A stretch of 63,932 nt of DNA, taken from positions 1 through 63,932 of IMG/VR virus record IMGVR_UViG_3300005512_002955. The stretch is one strand, 5' to 3'. Both the position numbers and the translations under genes were made by a program. Within the stretch, counting starts at the first letter, position 1; every line of letters begins with the position of its first letter. Shown in pieces: positions 57,110-63,932 of this stretch. The notes under the pieces were generated by a model that worked only from the letters and a program-made list of their open reading frames with translations, was not told the DNA's origin and searched no databases. The stretch is from a virus (taxonomy: Duplodnaviria; Caudoviricetes).

Positions 57110-58176
57110 CTATTTACATTGTAGACATAGAAGCAGTTGATACACGCTATACTAAGCAGTGGAAAGATTATCTTCCAAAGCAACTGCGACATGCTACAAA
57201 TAAAGAAGTCGTTGTTATCAGCGGTGGAGAAACTCCTCAGGCTACTACTCCTGGGGCTTTTCTTAACTTTGGTGGGACCAATGTATATAAGAGCAAACAA
57301 CTAGAACAGATAGGAGAAATGTTCTGCAATGGTCAGGTCAAAGATGGCGATTATTTTTTGTACACCGATGCCTGGAATCCTACAGTTATACAACTACGTT
57401 ACATGGCAGAGCTATTGGGTGTTAACATTCGCATTGGTGGCTTGTGGCATGCTGGTAGTTATGACCCACATGACTTCTTGGGCAGACTAATAGGTGATAA
57501 ACCTTGGGTTAGAAATGCTGAAAAAAGCATGTTCGAAACTTATGATGACAACTTCTTTGCAAGTGAATTTCATATAGATCTGTTTAAAGAAACATTTAGT
57601 TATACACCTAATGGATATGTTCAATATCATACAAATGTTCACAAAGTTGGCTGGCCTATGGAGTATCTACGTAATAGTCTAGACAGTTACAAAGGCATGG
57701 ACAAAAAAGATATCATACTCTTTCCACATCGCATTGCTCCTGAAAAGCAGGTTGACATTTTCCGTGATTTAAAAACTCACTTGCCGCAATATGAATTTGT
57801 TGTGTGTCAAGAACAAAGTCTAAGTAAAAACGAATATCACAACTTGCTAGGCGAAGCAAAGATGGTGTTCTCTGCTAACTTGCAGGAAACACTTGGTATT
57901 AGTTGGTATGAAGGCGCACTTGTAGATACTATTCCGATGGTTCCAGACAGACTAAGCTACAGTGAAATGGCTCTACCAGAATTCAAATATCCAAGTGCAT
58001 GGACTGAAGATTACAGTGCATACACAAAATACAGAGGTGAACTAATGAAAAAAATAGTTGATTATATGGACAACTATGAAGATTATTTGCCAAGCATACA
58101 CAAACAGGTTAACAAACTAAGCAAAGAGTTTTTCTCAGGTCAAGCATTATATGAGGTACTAAAAGATGTCAAATGA
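57106..58176 (+). CDS. GT-B (GT4-like) glycosyltransferase
   Basis: FPHRIAPEKQ, ETLGISWYEG (ExFG...E-type), VPDRLSYSEM. Confidence 0.75.
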   Translation: MTIYIVDIEAVDTRYTKQWKDYLPKQLRHATNKEVVVISGGETPQATTPGAFLNFGGTNVYKSKQLEQIGEMFCNGQVKDGDYFLYTDAWNPTVIQLRYMAELLGVNIRIGGLWHAGSYDPHDFLGRLIGDKPWVRNAEKSMFETYDDNFFASEFHIDLFKETFSYTPNGYVQYHTNVHKVGWPMEYLRNSLDSYKGMDKKDIILFPHRIAPEKQVDIFRDLKTHLPQYEFVVCQEQSLSKNEYHNLLGEAKMVFSANLQETLGISWYEGALVDTIPMVPDRLSYSEMALPEFKYPSAWTEDYSAYTKYRGELMKKIVDYMDNYEDYLPSIHKQVNKLSKEFFSGQALYEVLKDVK

Positions 58177-58519
58177 TAAAGATGCAGAACAAATGGAGTT
58201 AGACTTAGGACTTAATAATGGAACATTTGAAGTAGATATAAGCAGTTTTTCTGGAAACGATTACATATACAATGGTTCTAATACTATTACAATTAATACA
58301 AGTTTAGCAGACACTGGTGATTATAGTATGAGTGACGATACATTTACAATTAACACTAGTTTTGAAGAATGGGTAGACACAATGCCAAGTATGCATAAGA
58401 TTAAAGGTATGTGCGAACAGTACCCTGCATTCCAAAAAGAATTTGAAAAATTCAAGCAGATGTATAATTTAATCAAGGATGACTACGAGGCTAACAATGA
58501 AGATGACATTCCTTTCTAA
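58166..58519 (+). CDS. hypothetical acidic protein
   Basis: MCEQYPAF.KEFEKF; ends EDDIPF. Confidence 0.7.
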   Translation: MSNDKDAEQMELDLGLNNGTFEVDISSFSGNDYIYNGSNTITINTSLADTGDYSMSDDTFTINTSFEEWVDTMPSMHKIKGMCEQYPAFQKEFEKFKQMYNLIKDDYEANNEDDIPF

Positions 58520-59009
58520 ACTAATGGACAAGCTCGGCAGACGTCGAGTAATTACAGACAGAGACGGAAAGGTTCCATACCTTATCCGTTATTACCTATT
58601 TTTAAAAGAACGCAAACGCTTTCCTTTTAACATTACATTACACAAGGTTCTTGTTAGTGATGAACCTACATTACATGATCATCCATGGGGTTATGCTACA
58701 TTTATTCTTAAAGGTGGCTATTGGGAGCATATTCCTCTCCGCAATGAAACTACAGGTGGAGTTGTAGGAAGCACTAAAGTTTGGAGAGGGCCAGGACACT
58801 TTCGTATGCGTTCGGCAGATGATTTACATTGGTTAGAACTTGAAAAGGATTCTGCAGGAAATGAAATCCCATGCTGGAGTTTATTCTTCATGGGGCGAAA
58901 ACAAAAAGAATGGGGATTTATGGCATTTGGTGGCGACACTATTACCAATAGAGGTTACAAGTGGATTCATAATGAAGAATATCTAGCAAGAGGTGCAAAA
59001 AGTGAATAA
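58503..59009 (+). CDS. cupin-fold protein (start revised to 58503)
   Basis: LHDHPW....ILKGGYWE and downstream H (DLHWLEL): cupin metal ligands. Confidence 0.7.
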   Translation: MTFLSKLMDKLGRRRVITDRDGKVPYLIRYYLFLKERKRFPFNITLHKVLVSDEPTLHDHPWGYATFILKGGYWEHIPLRNETTGGVVGSTKVWRGPGHFRMRSADDLHWLELEKDSAGNEIPCWSLFFMGRKQKEWGFMAFGGDTITNRGYKWIHNEEYLARGAKSE

Positions 59010-59559
59010 AAAATATTACAGTTGGCAAGACGTAGAAAAAATGTGCGTTAGTATTGTAAATCAAATGTACAAGGACAACTGGCGTCCTGATTATATTGTA
59101 GGAATTACACGTGGTGGTAATGTACCTGCTACTATTATTTCAAACATGACTGGTATTCGCTGTGAAGCACTTAAAGTAAGTTTGCGTGACGATAGCGGAT
59201 ACGGTAGCGAAACTAATGCTTGGATGAGTGAAGACGCATACGGTTATGATGAACATGGAGAATATGCTCCAGAGATGGGACAGTTTAAACACAATCCAGA
59301 AGGTAAAAAGATTCTTATTGTAGATGACATTAACGACACAGGTGCTACATTCAATTGGATTAAAGAAGATTGGCAAGCAAGTTGTTTACCCAATTCTCTT
59401 GTGTGGGATCAAATTTGGGGTGACAATGTTCGCTTCGCAGTATTAACAGAAAACTTATCAAGTGAGTTTGACGGGGTGTCATATCATTGTGATGAAGTAA
59501 ACAAAGCAGAAGAAGATGTTTGGCTTGTTTATCCTTGGGAGAATGTAGGTGAATATTAA
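59002..59559 (+). CDS. type I phosphoribosyltransferase (Gpt-like)
   Basis: IVGITRGGNVPA, PRPP loop ILIVDDINDTGAT, C-terminal WLVYPWE. Confidence 0.88.
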   Translation: MNKKYYSWQDVEKMCVSIVNQMYKDNWRPDYIVGITRGGNVPATIISNMTGIRCEALKVSLRDDSGYGSETNAWMSEDAYGYDEHGEYAPEMGQFKHNPEGKKILIVDDINDTGATFNWIKEDWQASCLPNSLVWDQIWGDNVRFAVLTENLSSEFDGVSYHCDEVNKAEEDVWLVYPWENVGEY

Positions 59560-59954
59560 TGCGTGATGATTTAATGGTACAACAACAGGTAGACAATAGT
59601 TGGCAACACATGGTTGGGGTTATATGCCTCAATCAAACAAGCCGCAAGCAGGTAAAAAGTGTACTACCTAAACTGTTTGGAATTTGTCCTACGCCAGTGC
59701 ATTACCTAAATACACTACCAGAAACTATTAAAATGATTATTCAACCTTTGGGAATGGTAAATGTTCGAGAAAAACGTTTGCGTCAGATGAGCAAAGATTA
59801 TCTAACTTGGGACGGTGAAGATGCTACACAATTATATGGTATTGGCAAATATGGTAGTGACAGTTATGAACTGTTTTATAAGAAAAGAGTTCCTGAAAAC
59901 ATAGGCGATCATGAACTAAAAAGATACGTAGAGGAAGAATTTTATGCAGTATAA
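59559..59954 (+). CDS. HhH-GPD DNA glycosylase (MBD4-like catalytic domain)
   Basis: WQHMVGVICLNQT, IIQPLG, LYGIGKYGSDSY, DHELK. Confidence 0.8.
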   Translation: MRDDLMVQQQVDNSWQHMVGVICLNQTSRKQVKSVLPKLFGICPTPVHYLNTLPETIKMIIQPLGMVNVREKRLRQMSKDYLTWDGEDATQLYGIGKYGSDSYELFYKKRVPENIGDHELKRYVEEEFYAV

Positions 59955-60306
59955 TGAAGTACCTTGGACGGATGTTCTTGTAGATACAAGAGATTACACT
60001 GTATTTAAAGATGGGTTTCCTGTTACAGAAGGACATGTTCTTTTTGTACCCAAAGAAGAAACATGGGAAAAACTTGAAAAATGTTACAAAGCTGCATATG
60101 GTTGGGGTTATGACTGGATCCAGAAAGGCTACTGTGATGCTTATAACATTGGACAAAACATTGGTGAAAGTGCAGGACAAACAGTGATGTATCCGCATGT
60201 TCATCTTATTCCAAGACGCAAAGGCGATATGGAAGATCCACGTGGCGGTGTGCGTCATGTAATACCTGAAAAGGGTAACTACAGAAAAGGAGAAACAAAT
60301 GGCTAA
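59944..60306 (+). CDS. HIT family hydrolase
   Basis: FPVTEGHVLFVP, AGQTVMYPHVHLIPR. Confidence 0.9.
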   Translation: MQYNEVPWTDVLVDTRDYTVFKDGFPVTEGHVLFVPKEETWEKLEKCYKAAYGWGYDWIQKGYCDAYNIGQNIGESAGQTVMYPHVHLIPRRKGDMEDPRGGVRHVIPEKGNYRKGETNG

Positions 60307-60511
60307 AGAATATACAAGAGACAATATGATCGAAGCAATCAAAGAACACGCAAAAGGGCACATTGCCAAACATGCAATGAACGTAGAAGTGTATCTTAAG
60401 AATTCAGCAGGAGTTGGAGAGCATCCAGATATTTTGGAAGCAATTGAAAAAGAACTCAAAGTTATTGCAGAATATCATGATCAATTGGAAGTTCTTGACA
60501 AGTATTTCTAA
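60299..60511 (+). CDS. conserved small phage protein
   Basis: AGGAG SD; NVEVYL.N.AGVGEHPDI..AIEKEL. Confidence 0.75.
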   Translation: MAKEYTRDNMIEAIKEHAKGHIAKHAMNVEVYLKNSAGVGEHPDILEAIEKELKVIAEYHDQLEVLDKYF

Positions 60512-60519
60512 TATAATGC

Positions 60520-60548
60520 TTGACAAAAACCTAAATATATCATATAAT
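60520..60548 (+). promoter_or_regulatory. consensus sigma70 promoter with nested TAAATA, upstream of folE
   Basis: TTGACA(60520-60525)-N17-TATAAT(60543-60548); TAAATA 60532-60537. Confidence 0.8.
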
Positions 60549-60561
60549 AAGACATAATGAT

Positions 60562-60590
60562 GAGAGACATCCTCGTCTATAACTCGGAGA
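60562..60590 (+). promoter_or_regulatory. hairpin in folE leader adjacent to SD
   Basis: GAG-AGAC / GTCT-ataa-CTC stem, loop ATCCTC, followed by GGAGA. Confidence 0.4.
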
Positions 60591-60596
60591 AACAAA

Positions 60597-61153
60597 TTGA
60601 GCAAAAGTGAACAAATTAAAGCCCGCCTACAAGATGCAGGTATCCGCTATTGGGCGGGGGTAGACGTCTTGCTAAAATGTATGTAAATGAACTAATGGCA
60701 GGACGTTATGATCCTATGCCTAACGCAACTGCATTTCCTAATCATGTAGATGATGGTTATGAAGGTATGTTGGTTGTACGAAGTGAACTTAAAAGTGTAT
60801 GTTCGCATCATCATCAGCCTGTTACAGGCGTCGCATATATTGGTATTATTGCCGCAGAAAAACTAATTGGACTTTCTAAATACACACGTATTGCACAATG
60901 GTGTGCAAAACGTGGCACACTGCAAGAAGAACTAAACAATGATATTGCACGTGAAATTATGAAAGCAACTGGCAGTAAAAACGTAGGTGTGTACATCCAA
61001 GCAACACATGGTTGTTGTGAAAATAGAGGTATTAGAGCTCATAGTTCACTTACACAAACTACTGTGCTAAAAGGTGCATTTAATGATGATCCAGGCACTA
61101 AAAAAGAGTTCATGGATAATATTAAACTACAACAGGAGTTTGCACCAAGATGA
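60597..61153 (+). pseudogene. folE: GTP cyclohydrolase I, apparently disrupted by a frameshifting N-terminal deletion (or assembly error)
   Basis: Core intact (RRLAKMY, SVCSHHHQP, IGLSKYTR, LQEEL, HGCCENRG), but the SD-supported TTG 60597 frame (MSKSEQIKARLQDAGIRYWAG) is out of frame with the core at GCGGGGG (60654-60660) and stops 8 codons later. Confidence 0.65.
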
Positions 61154-61260
61154 TGGATTATATTGCATGTAGAATGGCACAGGTATTCATAATAGTAGTA
61201 TTTGCTATGGGTATGATAAGTTTATGTACTGATCTGTATACAGGAAGGTTGCCACTATGA
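61150..61260 (+). CDS. 36-aa membrane peptide between folE and queE (not in ORF track)
   Basis: ATGA overlaps at both ends; MMDYIACRMAQVFIIVVFAMGMISLCTDLYTGRLPL. Confidence 0.5.
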   Translation: MMDYIACRMAQVFIIVVFAMGMISLCTDLYTGRLPL

Positions 61261-62150
61261 AACTAAGGTATTCAGAAGCATTTTATAGTGTACAAGGTGA
61301 AGGTAAGTTTGTAGGAGTACCCAGCGTATTCTTGCGTACATTTGGTTGTAACTTTCGTTGCATGAACTTTGGTACAGGTGAAAAGAAAGATCGTTGGACA
61401 TTACACAAAGAAGGTAAAAGATACAACGATGAAGTAAAAGCACTTATTGATAATAAAGTGCATGAAACTACAGAAAAATTTGAGGACTTGCCTATTATTC
61501 ACACAGGCTGTGATACATATGCAAGTATCTATCCAGAGTTTAAACACTTCAATAAACTTGCAGAAGTAGATGAAGTGGTTGAACATTTACTGTCACTTAC
61601 TCCTAATGGTAAGTGGACACAGGACAACGGTCAAGACATTCATTTGATCATGACAGGTGGCGAGCCTTTGTTAGCGTGGCAAAAGCTCTACATTGATTTG
61701 TTCGAACATCCACGTATGCAGGACCTAAAAAATGTTACATTTGAAACAAACACTACACAAAAGTTACACGATGATTTCTTCAACTATCTCGCAGATCAAG
61801 AGCGATTTGAAGTTACTTGGAGTTGTTCCCCAAAACTTAGCGTTTCAGGAGAACCTTGGGAAACTGCTATACTCCCTGATGTTGCTAAAGAGTATAGCCT
61901 TGTTGATGGTAGTGACATTTATCTTAAGTTTGTTGTCGCTACTCAAGATGACTTTGAAGAAGTTACAAGAGCTGTGGACGCTTACAGAAGTGCCGGGGTA
62001 CAATGTCCGGTATATCTTATGCCGTTGGGTGGACGTAGTGAAGAATACAATCTCAACGTCAAAGAAGTCGCCGAAGCATGTATGGAGCGAGGTTGGAGGT
62101 TTACACCAAGACTTCACATATCCCTATTCGGAAATGCGTGGGGGACTTGA
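61257..62150 (+). CDS. queE: 7-carboxy-7-deazaguanine synthase (radical SAM)
   Basis: EAFYSVQGEG..VG.PSVFLRTFGCNFRC...GCDT, TGGEPLL, FETN, SCSPKL, LKFVV, RLH. Confidence 0.92.
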   Translation: MKLRYSEAFYSVQGEGKFVGVPSVFLRTFGCNFRCMNFGTGEKKDRWTLHKEGKRYNDEVKALIDNKVHETTEKFEDLPIIHTGCDTYASIYPEFKHFNKLAEVDEVVEHLLSLTPNGKWTQDNGQDIHLIMTGGEPLLAWQKLYIDLFEHPRMQDLKNVTFETNTTQKLHDDFFNYLADQERFEVTWSCSPKLSVSGEPWETAILPDVAKEYSLVDGSDIYLKFVVATQDDFEEVTRAVDAYRSAGVQCPVYLMPLGGRSEEYNLNVKEVAEACMERGWRFTPRLHISLFGNAWGT

Positions 62151-62154
62151 GAAT

Positions 62155-62253
62155 ATGTTTGATCCAGAAGAATTTGAAAAAGATCAAAAACAATGTACAG
62201 AGCTTGATAGAAAAAATTCTATCGAAACTCGTGCAAGAAAGGCAGGACTATGA
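62155..62253 (+). CDS. possible 32-aa protein
   Basis: MFDPEEFEKDQKQCTELDRKNSIETRARKAGL; ATGA overlap with next gene. Confidence 0.4.
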   Translation: MFDPEEFEKDQKQCTELDRKNSIETRARKAGL

Positions 62254-62636
62254 ACTGGGATAAACTTAAAAAAGCATTAGGTGTACAACCTAAAATTACA
62301 GAAAAACCTAAAACTACTGAGGAAGAACGTAGAGCAATTCTTCAGCGTGAAAAAGAAGAATCTACAAAAGCCGGTAAACCTTGGGTAGGCGTATTAGATA
62401 CACAAGTAAACCCAGACAACATCAAAAACGGTTTTTTTGAACTAGACTGGAATAATGAGTTTATCGAGCAACTATTAGATGCAGGCTATACAGGCGAAAC
62501 TAATGAAGAAATTGTAAATGGATGGTTCCGTACTATTGCAATGCAGATTTTGGAAGAAGACGGACTTGACACACAGCGTGAAATGGGTTATATTAATGTT
62601 AAACCTATAGACAAGGATAAATCAGAGGTAAGTTAA
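62250..62636 (+). CDS. conserved hypothetical phage protein
   Basis: PWVGVL, GFFELDWNNEFI..L..AGY. Confidence 0.8.
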   Translation: MNWDKLKKALGVQPKITEKPKTTEEERRAILQREKEESTKAGKPWVGVLDTQVNPDNIKNGFFELDWNNEFIEQLLDAGYTGETNEEIVNGWFRTIAMQILEEDGLDTQREMGYINVKPIDKDKSEVS

Positions 62637-63622
62637 TGACCTATATACTAGTAGACACTGCAAATACATTCTTTCGTGCAAGACACATAATCAGAGGCGA
62701 TGCTGATACAAAACTTGGCATGGCCTTTCATATTACACTTAACAGCATTAAGAAAGCATGGCAAGACTTTAATGGTAGCCATGTCGTGTTTTGTTTAGAA
62801 GGACGTAGTTGGCGCAAGGACTACTATGAGCCTTACAAACGTAACAGACAAGAAACTCGCGATGCAATGACTGCTTCGCAGGCAGAAGAAGACAAATTGT
62901 TCTGGGAAGCGTTTGATCATTTTAAAGAGTTTGTTACAGACAAAACTAATTGCACTGTATTGCATCATCCGCAACTAGAAGCAGATGACTTGATTGCAGG
63001 TTGGGTACAAGCACACCCTAATGACAATCATGCAATTATTTCAACAGATGGCGATTTTGCACAGCTAGTAGCACCTAATGTACGTCAGTACAATGGTGTT
63101 ACAAATACTGTTATTACACACGAAGGTTATTTTACAGACAAAGGCAAACCTGTAATTGATAAGAAAACAGGCCAACCTAAGCCTGCACCCGATCCTGAAT
63201 TTATGTTGTTTGAAAAGTGTATGCGTGGTGACACAAGTGATAATGTGTTCTCTGCATATCCTGGTGTGCGTAAAAAAGGCACTAAGAACAAAGTAGGATT
63301 ACAAGAAGCATTTGAAGATAAAAACAGCAAAGGATATAATTGGAACAATCTTATGTTACAGCGATGGGTAGATCATGAAGGTGTTGAACATCGTGTACTA
63401 GATGATTACAATCGAAATGTTACCCTTTGTGATTTAACTGCACAACCAGGTAATATTCGTAGTATTATTAATGACGTAATTGAAGAAGCAACAGATAAGC
63501 CTAAACAAATTTCACAGGTTGGATTACGTCTAATGAAATTCTGTGCTACATGGGATTTACAACGTGTGAGTGAAAACGCTCAGTTATATGCTGAGCCATT
63601 ACAAGCGAGGTATATAGTATGA
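62636..63622 (+). CDS. rnh: RNase H / 5'-3' exonuclease (T4 Rnh, FEN-like)
   Basis: LVDTAN.FFR, SWRKDYY..YK.NR, EADDLIA, STDGDF.QL, GDTSDNV. Confidence 0.9.
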   Translation: MTYILVDTANTFFRARHIIRGDADTKLGMAFHITLNSIKKAWQDFNGSHVVFCLEGRSWRKDYYEPYKRNRQETRDAMTASQAEEDKLFWEAFDHFKEFVTDKTNCTVLHHPQLEADDLIAGWVQAHPNDNHAIISTDGDFAQLVAPNVRQYNGVTNTVITHEGYFTDKGKPVIDKKTGQPKPAPDPEFMLFEKCMRGDTSDNVFSAYPGVRKKGTKNKVGLQEAFEDKNSKGYNWNNLMLQRWVDHEGVEHRVLDDYNRNVTLCDLTAQPGNIRSIINDVIEEATDKPKQISQVGLRLMKFCATWDLQRVSENAQLYAEPLQARYIV

Positions 63623-63932
63623 CATTAAAAGCAAAAGAAATAGTAGATGGAAAATTTTGGATATTAGAAAGCAACGGCTCTAAGGTTGCTACACTTTCAT
63701 GGAACGATGACCGATACATGTTAAGTGATATAAATGGTACAAGATTTGTCAAAAATACAAAACAGCTAGAAAAAGACCTAGGTAAAGTCAGTTGGGATAA
63801 ATTAGAAATTACAGAAATTACTGTAAACGAAGTGCATGGATTTCCTACAAGTTGTAAACCATTTAATCCTTTATATGATGTATCCAAAAAACTACCATTG
63901 TTTACAAAAAGCAATAAAAGCAAAAGTCTTTA
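63619..63932 (+). CDS. hypothetical protein, truncated by the window end
   Basis: ATGA overlap with rnh stop; open to end (MTLKAKEIVDGKFWIL...LPLFTKSNKSKSL). Confidence 0.7.
   Translation, partial: MTLKAKEIVDGKFWILESNGSKVATLSWNDDRYMLSDINGTRFVKNTKQLEKDLGKVSWDKLEITEITVNEVHGFPTSCKPFNPLYDVSKKLPLFTKSNKSKSL

Noticed and set aside
60650-60662. Programmed -1 frameshift as the full explanation of the folE break
   Set aside because: No canonical X XXY YYZ slippery site with a clear stimulator, and the joined product would still appear to lack part of the FolE N-terminal region; deletion or artefact fits better.
61732-62253. 173-aa ORF overlapping queE in another frame
   Set aside because: Mostly an alternative frame of queE; only the last 32 codons from ATG 62155 are plausible as a gene.
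3035-63923. Many minus-strand and nested ORFs in the ORF track (e.g. 3511..4056, 16451..17053, 17378..17920, 59824..60459, 63546..63923)
   Set aside because: They are antisense shadows of well-supported plus-strand genes, with no SD, promoter or recognisable motif.
1-63932. CRISPR array, tRNA or rRNA genes
   Set aside because: No regularly spaced repeats seen; intergenic gaps are under about 150 nt and I saw no cloverleaf or T-loop pattern. tRNAscan-SE was not run.
1-63932. Alternative genetic code (stop-codon reassignment)
   Set aside because: Long genes are intact in code 11, and TAA, TAG and TGA all end genes at tight junctions.

Overview
This window is an AT-rich, gene-dense, almost entirely plus-strand segment of a large T4-like (myovirus-type) dsDNA phage, read in the standard genetic code. 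The host is Gram-negative (Rz/Rz1-type spanins) and plausibly a marine alphaproteobacterium (inference from FdxA-type ferredoxin, IscA, BI-1/YccA, ClpA, UvsE and SodC). In order it carries: DNA ligase and small membrane proteins; queD flanked by glycosyltransferase-like genes; UV endonuclease, Cu/Zn SOD and IscA; a baseplate/tail-fibre block with a 2760-aa protein; a stand-alone DnaE fragment, GroES, MazG, exonuclease, clamp loader, ferredoxin, ThyX, a DNA methyltransferase and PhoH; a lysis cassette; DnaJ-PDF-ClpA; a block of probable head-packaged proteins; family B DNA polymerase, nucleotide-sugar genes and a probable clamp; a 7-deazaguanine DNA-modification locus; and an RNase H/5'-3' exonuclease. 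The best candidates for new biology are: (1) a DpdA/DpdL 7-deazaguanine pathway interleaved with a GT-B glycosyltransferase, a cupin, a PRTase, a glycosylase and a HIT gene, with no queC in the window; (2) related structured leaders in front of queD and folE, one able to form an SD-sequestering pseudoknot (riboswitch candidate); (3) a family of proteins with T4 capsid-targeting-like N-termini that carry enzymes, including SOD; (4) a TAA(A/G)TA-N5-ATG leaderless late-gene architecture. folE appears broken by a frameshifting deletion. All family assignments come from motif recognition by eye; no database searches or folding programs were run.
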